A stretch of DNA of 63,434 bases, the filler included, from Octopus bimaculoides (taxonomy: Eukaryota), in assembly GCF_001194135.2 (NCBI RefSeq). It is 5 parts of 5 records of this genome, joined end to end, with 100 filler letters (N's around TTAATTAATTAA, not from the genome) between each part and the next. Parts side by side here need not be neighbours in the genome. Positions count along the whole stretch, not along the records: positions 34,674 to 55,057 come from NC_068985.1; 4 more parts are not named here. One strand, given 5' to 3'. Each line of letters begins with the position of its first letter. The stretch's first letter is position 1. A program made the translations under genes and the position numbers. Positions 37,180-49,073 of the stretch are shown piece after piece. The notes under the pieces were generated by a model that saw only the letters and a program-made list of their open reading frames with translations, ran no database searches and was not told the origin of the DNA.

Positions 37180-37620
37180 ACTATAGGCACAAAACCTGAA
37201 ATTTTGAGGGAGAGGTCTAGTAAATTTCATTGGCCCCAGTACTTAATTGGGACTTATTTTATCAACCTTGAAAAAATGAAAGCCAAAGTTGACTTCAGCG
37301 GAATTTGAACTTAGAATGTAAATATGAACCAAGTGCTGCAAAGCATTTTATTCAATGTGCTAACAATTCTGCCAACTCACCACCTTAATAACAATAATAA
37401 TCATTTCTTTTATAGGCACAAGGCCTGAAATTTTAGGGAAGGGGACTAGTTGATTACATCAACTCCATCAACTGGTTCTTAATCTATCAAACCTCAAAAG
37501 GATGAAAGGCAAAGTTGACCTCAGCTGAATCTGAACTCAGGATGTAAACACAGGTGAAATGCAGCTAAGCATTTTGTCCAGAATGCTAATGATTTTGCTA
37601 CCTCACTAGCTTAACAATAC
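37180..37620 (-). mobile_element. two tandem copies of a third SINE family (others about 5650-5770, 39000-39110, 40750-41170, 46030-46210, 53870-54070, 63361-63434)
   Basis: Repeated aggcacaa..cctgaaatttt...aaagttgac...gaatttgaactcagaatgtaa...ctaagcatttt motif. Confidence 0.75.
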
Positions 37621-38246
37621 AATAATAGTGAAAGCTGAACAATAACATAGATATGGAAAAAGCAATTGCCATAAAATAAACGCAACGGTATCATCAAAAC
37701 CAAGACTAAAATTAATAAAAGCAAAGAACAAAATGAAGTAAATTATTTGATAAGAATCCCAGTAAGTAAAACTGATACTTATTTTGTAACTTTCAAGGGA
37801 TTGTTACTTACAAAATATATTATTTAAATAATTATCAACACGTGCACAGATGAGAAACTAAGCTAAAGATAAGGTAGCGAATTTTTGAAAACAAAAACAG
37901 ATAAAACTATCCCAGTACATAACAGCTGAATATTATATAAAAAATATATTGCTATGACTGAATAATACTCTTGAGTATTAAATATAGTCTGTATATAATA
38001 ACTTACATAAAATGTGTTATTTAAATAATAATCAACATATGTGTAGACAAGGAAAGTGACCATTTAAGACCAAGCCAAGCCAAAATTAATTAATTCAAAA
38101 TAAAACCAATGCTGTTTAAAAACAGATCAGTTATGTTCAAAAATAAATAGAAAAATAATCAAACAACAAAAAAAAAACACATTCAGAGTTAGGGTGTATA
38201 GTGAATTATGTAATATGAGTTTAACTTGGAATCATATGAAAATAAT

Positions 38247-38407
38247 CAGTAGCATAGCTAGGAAGAGCAATGGTGAGGAGCAAGGGGTCAGTCAGCCCCA
38301 TGCAACACTTTTATGAAGGCAGCACTTTTGTATAAGCCAGTATGGGATGGGTGGAGGGAGGACTCAAAGGCTACCCTGAGCAGCACACACACTCTAGCTA
38401 TGCCATG
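38247..38407. mobile_element. degenerate small MITE
   Basis: Inverted ends gcatagctag and ctagctatgc. Confidence 0.4.
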
Positions 38408-39816
38408 GGGAATAATATAAGATGTGGTTCAGAAGCCGTGATCTCAAAAGATTAACTCTGAACTAAAAGGTCTGTCAATCACTTACTAGTGTCCAAATTA
38501 AACACAAAATTAGAAGTGAATGTTTGTGAAGGTGTTACATCAGTACTATGTCAAACACAGAATACTATAAAAGAGTCATAGATGACAAAATGAAGAAATG
38601 AAGAAAAATATCACTGCAAGCACACTTGCAAATGTACACAGATTTATAATGAGCAGTAATAAGATTCCAATAGTGGAAATAGAACAACTCATACATAGAA
38701 AGAATGCATACTGAAATTAAGACAAAGTAACCTAATATACTTAAAAAGATAACCCACAACAAAACTAATAAGAACAAACAAAAGAAAGAAAACAACTAAA
38801 CAAAAACAAATACAATATATGAACACTTAAAGCATAATTAAAATAACAGAACTCATAGTACAACAAACAAGGAAGGAATTATAGCAAATACAAATCAGGC
38901 ACAAAGAAATGTATTGATATCCAAAATCCAAAATGAAAATAAATTCTTTCTAATTTTGGCACATATGGAAGGGACAAATCTATTACATTGACCCCAGTCC
39001 TTGACATGTGTCTATTTTATTGACTCCATAAAGATTAAAGGCAACATTGACCATGGCAGAATTTGAACTCAGAATGTAGTGCTAATGATGCTGCTAGCTC
39101 TCTGCATTGATGATGATGATAAAAATAATAGAAGTACCAGTGGAAACATTCAATCAAATAACACAGCCAAAACAAATATATATTCTCCACTTCTCACACA
39201 TAACAAACTTAATAAAAACATCCATCACAACAGATCAACAAGATTATCACCAATGAGGAACTTAACAATAACAATAAAGAAAATAGAACAAGAGAACATT
39301 ATAAAATCAATTAACTTGGATCAATGTAAAGACCAGCTTAAGCTATACGTGAACAAGCAGCTCAAGGAAAGAATAAATAAATGTAAGAGGGCCAGCAAGA
39401 AATTCTGCCCACAGAAACAAACTATTTGAATATCAACATATTGTGTGGCTGTGCTGTAAGAAGTTCACTTCCTGATGACATGGTTCTGGGTTCAGTTCTG
39501 CTGTGTGGCACCTTGGGTAAATGTCTTGTACTATAGCCTCAGGCTGACCAAAGTCTTGTGAGTGGATTTGGGAGATGGAAACTAAAAGAAGTCCATCATA
39601 ATATATATATATAAACAAATAGTAAATGAGTATATGCATATATACGTACAGGTATGTGCGTACCGACATCCACCTGTATGTATAGGCGCATATCTGGGTA
39701 CAGGACATTGCAAACAAAACGTAGACGGGAAAACACACAAGCCACATAGAGAACATTCTACTTCATCAGCTACCTCCGTTTTAACACCGGCGTTTCGAAG
39801 AGCTATATATACATAT

Positions 39817-39853
<37 letters not shown>

Positions 39854-39929
39854 TGTGTGTGTGCGTGTGTGAACCACCACTGCTTAACAACCAGTGTTGG
39901 TGTGTTTATATCCCTTTATAATGATGATG

Positions 39930-39969
<40 letters not shown>

Positions 39970-39971
<2 letters not shown>

Positions 39972-40530
39972 CCCTGATGCAATACCAGGCAGTAGCTCTC
40001 ATGGCTTCTGATCTTAACTGATTGGAAGTGTTATCATGTACATTGTTTTGTCTTGGTATAAAAGATGGGCTACAGATATTATTCTGCTCAATACCACAGA
40101 CTTGCTTGTCAGTTGCTTGACCTTAACCAGTTGAGCATGTCCCTTGGTGGCTGACGATATGTGCATGCATCTCTGATCATGAGCAGAAGTTGTGGGAGAG
40201 CATTGTAGACATGTGTTGTGAGGAATTCTTTGAAGTTTGGATAATTCACCTCTGGAAACATGGGTGTTTTGTTCAGCATCCTTAAACAACTCTTATTCAG
40301 GGACCTTTTGAGCAGGTTGGGCTACCTGACCTGCAGAAAATTCTAACTGGGTCCCACCTGCAAGGTCATATGTTGTTAATCTTGATATGAGATCACCATG
40401 TGATGCACATATGGTTGTGATGCATGTGGCTGGTGTACCCTTATCAGATGAGTAGTTATGATCAGTATAGGGGGCTTCGTATATTTTACCCCAGTGTCAC
40501 TTTGATGGCATGCACTGCTCTCTCACTCAA
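39970..40530. mobile_element. about 560-bp non-coding element embedded in (AAT)n
   Basis: Complex, GC-richer sequence with sharp boundaries, flanked on both sides by (AAT)n. Confidence 0.55.
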
Positions 40531-40541
40531 TAATAATAATG

Positions 40542-40600
<59 letters not shown>

Positions 40601-40654
40601 AAGAAGAAGAAGAAGAAGAAGAAGAAGAAGAAGAAGAAGAAGAAGAAGAAGAAG

Positions 40655-40731
<77 letters not shown>
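40529..40731. repeat. compound microsatellite (AAT)n(AAG)n(AAC)n
   Basis: Directly visible. Confidence 0.98.
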
Positions 40732-41215
40732 AAATAAGAACAAGAAGAATCCTTTATTATTTTGGCACACAAAGCAAGCAACTTTGAGAGGTGGGAAAGT
40801 TGATTACATCATCCTCTAATGCTCAACTGGTACATATTTTATTGATTCCAAATGAAGGAAAGGCGAAGTTGACATAAGCAGAATTTGAACTCAGAATGTA
40901 AAGATAGACAAAATGCCACTAAGCATTTTTGCCGATGTGCTAACGATTCTGTTAGCTTGCCACCTTAATGCCAGCAATAATAATAATAACAATTCTTTCT
41001 AATTTTGGCACAAGGCAAGCCAAAAAAAGCTTGAGGAAAAAGGCAAACCCATCACATCAACTCCAGTACTTGACTGGTCCTTTATTTCATTGATGTTGAA
41101 AAAATGAAAGGCATAATTAACTGTTATGTGGGAGTTTATCCTAGAATGTAAAGAGCCAGAAGTATTACAATACGGCATTGTTTCTTTAGCAATTCTTCTC
41201 TAGCGATTCTTCACC

Positions 41216-41246
<31 letters not shown>

Positions 41247-41839
41247 TTTCCATTTGTTTCTTTACTTTCCATCTGTTCTTAATATCATCTCCCATCTCAT
41301 TTGATCTGATTCTCACCACCTTCCTCTTATTTCAACTAATTTGTTACAAATTGCAGTTCCCTCTGCTACCCCTCCCTCAATTTTCACTCTCCTTCTACCT
41401 TCGTTCACCTCACACTCTACCCACTCAGACTGACATTGGCTTTTCCCCTCAATCCTCCCTCCTCACAGCTCCCTCGCACAACAAAACTCCTTTGCTTTAT
41501 TCTATTTTTCATTTGCAGTTTTACGACCAAGGTGTTAAAACTTCTATTTATTCTTTCTCACAGAAGAATGACAGGTGCTGGAAACATTGGATTACTTTAC
41601 GCCTCATGGCAAATCACTTCAATGATCTCTTCTATGAACTCTTCTAAGAAACAGCTTTTACAGACCAGCCAAGAATATATTATAATGTTAAAGAAAGAGA
41701 ATATTCTAGCAGCTTTTTTTGTGTGTGTTTTTGCCATTCATTGTAAAAACTGATGAAAGTTTTATCTTACTGTAAAAAAAATTGTGAACATTTTTTATTG
41801 TCTACAATCTAAATTTTATAAATATATATATATTATGAT

Positions 41840-42030
41840 TGACCGTTGACTGAACACTATTCATTTTTTTTTCTCCGTGTTTTTCTCCTTGTCTCCGTAT
41901 TCTTTCTGTTGAAGAGCGTAGCTCGAAACGTCAAAGACTTTCCGTATTCCCGAGCGTCATACTAATACATCCTTTTGTTATTTACACCACCTGTCCTCGT
42001 CTGTTGTTGTTTTTTCGTACATTCTCCCAT
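41840..42030 (+). repeat. same hammerhead-bearing repeat (copy 3)
   Basis: Near-identical to 4575-4760. Confidence 0.7.
41901..41937 (+). ncRNA. putative minimal type I hammerhead ribozyme with variant core
   Basis: tcttt-CTGTTGA-a-gagc(gta)gctc-GAAA-cg-TC-aaaga: stem I tcttt/aaaga, stem II gagc/gctc, GAAA, palindromic ACGT helix III and GUC cleavage triplet. Core has U in place of A6. Confidence 0.55.
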
Positions 42031-42557
42031 ATATATATATATATATATATATANNNNNNNNNNNNNNNNNNNNNNNNNNNNNNNNNNNNNNNNNNNNNNN
42101 NNNNNNNNNNNNNNNNNNNNNNNNNNNNNNNNNNNNNNNNNNNNNNNNNNNNNNNNNNNNNNNNNNNNNNNNNNNNNNNNNNNNNNNNNNNNNNNNNNNN
42201 NNNNNNNNNNNNNNNNNNNATATATATGGATATGTGTATGTGTGTGTGTATGGACATATGTATATATGTATGTATGTAGGTAGGTAGGCAGGTAGGTAGG
42301 TAGGTAGGTAGGTAGGTAGGTAGGTAGGTAGGCAGGTAGGTAAGTAGGTAGGTAGATACGTAGGTAGGTAGGAGGTCAGCTAAAATACATGTGGTTATGG
42401 CACTAGTAACTATTTACTTGAAACAGATGTAAAGATAAGACTTTATTATATTATTTATTCATTTATTTGTGTATTCTACTTTCTATGTGTATGTGCTTCT
42501 TATACAAATTTTTATTTATTATGTCTTTTCTGCGTAAATAACAGGCCAATATATATG

Positions 42558-42598
<41 letters not shown>

Positions 42599-43191
42599 NN
42601 NNNNNNNNNNNNNNNNNNNNNNNNNNNNNNNNNNNNNNNNNNNNNNNNNNNNNNNNNNNNNNNNNNNNNNNNNNNNNNNNNNNNNNNNNNNNNNNNNNNN
42701 NNNNNNNNNNNNNNNNNNNNNNNNNNNNNNNNNNNNNNNNNNNNNNNNNNNNNNNNNNNNNNNNNNNNNNNNNNNNNNNNNNNNNNNNNNNNNNNNNNNN
42801 NNNNNNNNNNNNNNNNNNNNNNNNNNNNNNNNNNNNNNNNNNNNNNNNNNNNNNNNNNNNNNNNNNNNNNNNNNNNNNNNNNNNNNNNNNNNNNNNNNNN
42901 NNNNNNNNNNNNNNNNNNNNNNNNNNNNNNNNNNNNNNNNNNNNNNNNNNNNNNNNNNNNNNNNNNNNNNNNNNNNNNNNNNNNNNNNNNNNNNNNNNNN
43001 NNNNNNNNNNNNNNNNNNNNNNNNNNNNNNNNNNNNNNNNNNNNNNNNNNNNNNNNNNNNNNNNNNNNNNNNNNNNNNNNNNNNNNNNNNNNNNNNNNNN
43101 NNNNNNNNNNNNNNNNGGGAACATGAAACTCTGAGTACCAGTTTTTGTGATATTTTGTGATGTTTTTGCAGCTTTAATAATAAAGTATATA

Positions 43192-43437
43192 CAGGGTGAC
43201 CCAAGAAAAAAAAAACAGAAACTACAAATCTTTGAATAAAACTGTTGATTTTGATTTTAATTTTAATTCTTTTCTTTTTGCCATTTGGAGCATACTTTGA
43301 AAAGAACATGACTTTTATGTAAAGGGAATGATCATACACAGATCAAAGTTTAAGTCCAGCAAATTTCTTGAAATTTGCTGGACCTTTGTAGGATTTAATA
43401 ACATTTTTATGGACTCTGTTTCTTTTGGATCACCCTG
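43192..43437. mobile_element. Tc1/mariner-type MITE (TA-CAGGGTG...CACCCTG-TA)
   Basis: TIRs cagggtgacccaagaaa..acaga and tctgtttcttttggatcaccctg, flanked by TA. Confidence 0.8.
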
Positions 43438-44254
43438 TATATATATAAGGGCATCTGTTGGTCAAGGTTTAACAGGCAGCTGCATATATATGTACAGGAC
43501 TGAACAAGATTTTTTTGAAGAAGACTTGTGGTTCTCATTCATGCAAATGTCTCCTCTTCATGCCATAAATGTTTATTCAAGAGAAAGACCACTAATTTGG
43601 ACTGCTACAGACTAGTGTCAGTGTCATTGTTGGTGTTGTTGTCAGAATGTAAAGAGCCATAATAGCCACTGCAAGGCAACTTGCCTGACCCTTTAACAGT
43701 TCTGCCAATCCATTTCTCTGGATTAGCACTTTATTTTATTGACCCCATGAAAGACAAAGTTGACCTCAGTGGGATGTGAATTCCAAGTGAAAAGAGTCAT
43801 AACAAAAACTATTATACTTTCGGTCTAGTATTCTAACAACTCTGTTAATTTGCCACTTTAGAATATATATATTTCAACAATATCATTCTATAAATAGGGC
43901 TTAACTGAATTGCTTGAGCCTTAATTTATATTTATTAATAAAATAGAACAACTGACAAAATTGTGCAAAATTTAAAGATGAAACAATCTTCGACAGGATT
44001 GTAAAGTTGATAAGGGTTTGGGGGAAATTATACAACAGGATATAGCACTTGTTAGGGAATAATAGAGCAAAAGAGTGCATTGTCCTTAAGATTGAAATCT
44101 ACTTGGTCATCAGAGTGGAACGGTTAACAGAGCATTATACACATGATAAAAATAGTTTCCATCTCACACTGTCATTATTACATACACACATATACACACA
44201 ATATAACAAAGCATTCACAATGTGTATATGTCCATTGGACACTTTGCAACCCCT

Positions 44255-44420
44255 TCCAGGGGTCCTATTATCGATTTTTTTTCAACAATCTGAGTATGCC
44301 ATGAGGTTTCCAGACATGAGTTCTACTCACGTGTCAAGTTTCATCAAAATCGATAAAACTATGTAGGAGGAGTTAGCTAACAACTCCACAAATACACCCA
44401 CAGACAGAATTTCCCACATG
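44255..44420 (+). repeat. Helentron/HINE-like fragment (similar at about 51930-52070)
   Basis: Shared aagtttcatcaa(a/g)at...gtagg...acagacaga layout; family assignment is from memory only. Confidence 0.4.
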
Positions 44421-45002
44421 TGTAGTATATATATATATATATGGAAGGAAGTCATAACTACCCTAATAAAACTTATCAAATAAGTCTCAATGACTGGTGT
44501 TTGACAGTTATATACCATCTGTTGCATTTTAAAAATCTATATTCATGAGCCTTTATGTTTGTCTGTTTGTCATGAAAAAATGTTGCCATTCCTCAATGAA
44601 TGTTTGCCAAATTTTGCAGGATGGTTCAAATGTAACCCAGAATAATGTATGGAAAAGTAAATCCAGGATCAAAGGTCTCCCAGAGGTCAAACCAATATGA
44701 GTGGAGAAAGAAGTAGAAAGGCAAGAAGTTGTAATGGAGGAGTAGTTAAGGTAGGAGTGTTGGTGTGAAGTAGAGAAACATTGTCAGTTTGTCATATCAA
44801 GTTTTTCTTTCTCTTCCTGCTTTTCTTTAATTTCTCCTTCTCTCACCCCCTCTCTCCCTCTCTTATATTCACAAATTTTTTTCATTCCTCTATATCCCTC
44901 AGTTGACAATACATAGATGTGCATGTGAGTGTATGTGTGCATGTGCATGTGTTGGGTGTGTGTATGTGTGTGTGTGTATGTATGTATATATATATATATA
45001 TA

Positions 45003-45215
45003 TATCATCATCATCATTATCGTTTAACGTCTGCTTTCCATGCTAGCATGGGTTGGATGATTTGACTGAGGACTGGTGAACCAGATGGCTACACCAGGCT
45101 CCAATCTGATCTGTTAGAGTTTCTACAGCTGGATGCCCTTCCTAACGTCAACCACTCCGAGAGTGTAGTGGGTGCTTTTAAGTGCCACCAGCATGAGGGC
45201 CAGTCATGCGGTACT
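45003..45215 (-). mobile_element. RTE-family 3' end
   Basis: Same tail as 17826-18145. Confidence 0.8.
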
Positions 45216-45364
45216 GGCACACACACTCTACCACTACAAACCAAACTACATCTCTTCTCTTCCTCACATTTCTACTTCATGCACTAGGTTTACCTCCCAC
45301 TCCCCAATCCTGTCTTCTTGGCCCTGTGCCATTCTATCATTGCTATCTGCTAAAACTGACCTTG

Positions 45365-45560
45365 CCTGTGCTTGTGCCATGTAAAAAGCATTAGTCCTCT
45401 CTGCTGAGTGGTTGGTGTTAGGAAGGGTATCCAGCTATAAAAAATCCTGCCAAAACGATTACAGAAGTCTGGTGCAGGCTTCTGCCTGACTGGCTCTTGT
45501 CAAACTGTCCCACCCATGCCAGCATGGAAGGCGGATGCTAAACGGTGATGATGATGATGA
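45365..45560 (+). mobile_element. RTE-family 3' end (opposite orientation)
   Basis: gagtggttggtgttaggaagggtatccagct...catgccagcatggaaggcggatgctaaacg followed by (TGA)n. Confidence 0.75.
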
Positions 45561-46261
45561 TGTATGTACATATGTATGTATATTTGTATGTACGTATGTA
45601 CATATGTATGTTGCAATTGTGTATCTTTTGCGTATTTATATTGGCACAGGATATAAACATTAATAAGAACAATTAAAAACAACTGTGCTTAGCAAACAGT
45701 CCCTTGTATTGAGTCAGACACTCCTATCTTACATGCTCATGGGCAGAAATGTGGCGAACCAGTGTTTGACCCATTATAAACTTGTAATCAATAACTCTAT
45801 TGTTCACTAACTGTGATATGAATCAAATGAACAACATAAGCTCAAGCCTTCACATTTTCAAGGTTGTGGGTAACTAATTTATTCAAATCTCATACTTCAA
45901 TCATTTGTATAGACCTCAGAGGGTGAACGGCAATGTTGTTCATGTTCAAGTTTGAACTCGGAATGAAAAGAAGTGTAATTAAATGTTGCAAATTATATGT
46001 ATGTTCTGCTTTTAAATTTTGTCTTTAGGCCAACAATTTCGTGGGAGGGGTAAGTCGACAACATCGACCCCAGTGTTCAGCTGGTACTTATTTTATTGCC
46101 CTCAAAAGGATGGGGGAATTCAAACTCCTAACTTAAAGATGGTGGAATTTGAACTCAGAACTTAAAGTCAAATGAAATGCCACTAAGGCGGCGAGCTGGC
46201 AGAAACGTTAGTGCACCGGGAAAAATGCTTAACCGTATTCTTCCTGTGTTTATGCTTAAGT

Positions 46262-46423
46262 GTAGGAGTGGCTGTGTGGTAAGTAGCTTGCTTACGAACT
46301 ACATGGTTCCGGGTTCAGTCCCACTGCGTGGCATTTTGGACAAGTGTCTTCTGCTATAGCCTCGGGCCGACAAAAGCTTTGTGAGTGGATTTGGTAGACG
46401 GAAACTGAAAGAAGCCTGTCGTA

Positions 46424-46476
<53 letters not shown>

Positions 46477-46698
46477 ATATATGTTTGTGTGTCTGTGTTT
46501 GTCCCCCCAACATCGCTTGACAACCGATGCTGGTGTGTTTACATCTCCGTAACTTAACGGTTCGGCTAAAGAGACCGATAGAATAAGTACTAGGCTTACA
46601 AAGAATAAGTCCTGGGGTCGATTTGCTTGACTAAAGGCGGTGCTCCAGCATGGCCACAGTCAAATGACTGAAACAAGTAAAAGAGTAAAAAGAGTAAA
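46262..46698 (+). mobile_element. tRNA-derived SINE, full length (dominant family; other full or partial copies at about 81-480, 2610-2790, 3500-3860, 3905-4030, 35670-36020, 39445-39610, 48893-49365, 49380-49530, 59645-59918)
   Basis: A/B-box-like head (gctgtgtggtaag...gggttcagtccc), internal (TA)/(TG) microsatellite and conserved tail gactgaaacaagtaaaaga. Confidence 0.85.
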
Positions 46699-47150
46699 GT
46701 GTTTTACCCAGCATGTTAATGACTCTTCTGGCTCACCACCTTTATTAAATATTTTCCTTTATATGCCAGGAAAATGTAAAAAAAAACAAAAAAAAAATTA
46801 AATTAAAAGTAACATAAAATATAAAGTTATGAAGTTTGTGGAGAAATTTAGAAAAAGTAATTACTTGCAATCCCAACATAATTAATGCTGTCATTGTTCT
46901 TCTTTGTCAGCTTAAAATCCCTTTGTTATGTTGCTGAAATGGATTCTAGTTATTCAACACATTGTACAGTAGAGTCAATTACTTGACTGTTTGACATAAG
47001 AAGTATCCATCAAAGGGTGATAATTCCTTTAAAGGAGAAGAATGAGCACAGCTGTTTGGATGCTAGCGATTCGGCATGGCTGACTGAACATTGCACCTGT
47101 TTCAGCGACAGTGTTTTTTGGTGCTGAAGTGTGGTGCATGAGCGCACACA

Positions 47151-47181
<31 letters not shown>

Positions 47182-47211
47182 TGGCATGTGCACAGGAGTT
47201 TATGCAAACAA

Positions 47212-47242
<31 letters not shown>

Positions 47243-47272
47243 CAAAGAGAGAGATACATGATGATAATAATG

Positions 47273-47330
<58 letters not shown>

Positions 47331-47332
<2 letters not shown>

Positions 47333-47417
47333 TATACAACATACAGAAAATTGCACTACTGGGCACTGCACACATCCTACGCAAAACACTTTCAATACAG
47401 TAACCATAAGAGCATCA
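47331..47417 (+). mobile_element. R4/Dong-like (REL endonuclease) non-LTR 3' fragment
   Basis: IYNIQKIALLGTAHILRKTLSIQ* immediately after (AAT)n. Confidence 0.7.
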
Positions 47418-47871
47418 NNNNNNNNNNNNNNNNNNNNNNNNNNNNNNNNNNNNNNNNNNNNNNNNNNNNNNNNNNNNNNNNNNNNNNNNNNNNNNNNNNN
47501 NNNNNNNNNNNNNNNNNNNNNNNNNNNNNNNNNNNNNNNNNNNNNNNNNNNNNNNNNNNNNNNNNNNNNNNNNNNNNNNNNNNNNNNNNNNNNNNNNNNN
47601 NNNNNNNNNNNNNNNNNNNNNNNNNNNNNNNNNNNNNNNNNNNNNNNNNNNNNNNNNNNNNNNNNNNNNNNNNNNNNNNNNNNNNNNNNNNNNNNNNNNN
47701 NNNNNNNNNNNNNNNNNNNNNNNNNNNNNNNNNNNNNNNNNNNNNNNNNNNNNNNNNNNNNNNNNNNNNNNNNNNNNNNNNNNNNNNNNNNNNNNNNNNN
47801 NNNNNNNNNNNNNNNNNNNGTGGTGGTGGTGGTGGTGTTGGTGGTGGTGTTGGTGGTGGTGGTGGTGGTAG

Positions 47872-47926
<55 letters not shown>

Positions 47927-47949
47927 AATAATAATAATAATAATAATAA

Positions 47950-48178
47950 TAATTGGTGCATTGGGAGATGTAAGCAAAGATATAGACAAATGGTTGAAGG
48001 AGTTTGGAATAGAATGTCCTGTAGATCTTCTGCAGAAAGTTTGCCTTTTTGGGGACAGGAAGATTATCAGTGAGGTTCTAAGCACTTGAAAGACCAGTGG
48101 TTACCTAAGATTACAGGTAGTAACCTGCTACCCATATAAATCCTTCCAGAACCTGAGTCAAATCAATAATAATAATCA
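47950..48178 (+). mobile_element. R4/Dong-like non-LTR 3' fragment
   Basis: IIGALGDVSKDIDKWLKEFGIECPVDLLQKVCLFGDRKIISEVLST*, bounded by (AAT)n on both sides. Confidence 0.7.
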
Positions 48179-48578
48179 TCACATAATAAACACTTTCCCC
48201 TTCTCACATACGAAAAGAGAAATGAGCTCACACACATAAACAAAGAGAGAGAAAGAAAGAAAGATAGAAAGAGAGAAGAGAAAGAGAGAGAGAAAAGAGA
48301 GAAAGAGATTAAAATGAGAGAAACACTAGATCATTTGATGTCAAACAAGTCAGTATTGAATCAGTAACACCAAAACAGCTGTGCCAAAATGTCTCTTACC
48401 CATAATCCCTTTCAACTTCAGGTGGTAGATAAACAGTGCATAGCATTTATACTTTTTCCCAAGGACATTAATGTTCTGCATAAGTGGAATAGCTTGATTA
48501 TACATTTAACCTGGTTTTTCCTATCCAGTTTAACCTGCTAGAATGATTTGCATGATAAGTTCATGCTAATGTCTTTAA

Positions 48579-48798
48579 CTCTTTAGCATTTAAAAACCAG
48601 CCACATCAGGTTAAAATATCCTACCTGTTGTATGTTGAAACCAGCTAGATCTGGCCTCTCACACCTACTCTCCAATGTCACTGAGACTGAACACTCACAT
48701 CATTGAAATCTCAAAGTTACAAAATAATTCATTCTTAATTAAAAACAATGTGGATAAATGGACGTTACATTTGACAGAATAATATGAATGCTAAAGGG
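48579..48798. mobile_element. piggyBac-type MITE with TTAA TSD
   Basis: TTAA|ctctttagcatt ... aatgctaaaggg|TTAA. Confidence 0.85.
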
Positions 48799-49032
48799 TT
48801 AAAACATGTGTTGAAGAGAAAATGTTACTACTTTAAATGTCTGATAGGATTTATTTTTATTTTTTTCAACATATTTTTCTAAACATAGGTGCAGGTGTGA
48901 CTATATGGTAAGAAGCTTGCTTCCCAACCACATGGTTCCAAGTTCAGTCATACTGTATATATATATATATATACAGTGTATATATATATATATATATATA
49001 TATCTGTATATATATGTGTGTANNNNNNNNNN

Positions 49033-49073
<41 letters not shown>

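Noticed and set aside
41510-41647. possible plus-strand terminal exon (FYDQGVKTS...WKHWITLRLMANHF*)
   Set aside because: Acceptor-like pyrimidine tracts are present, but no family is recognised and no partner exons were found.
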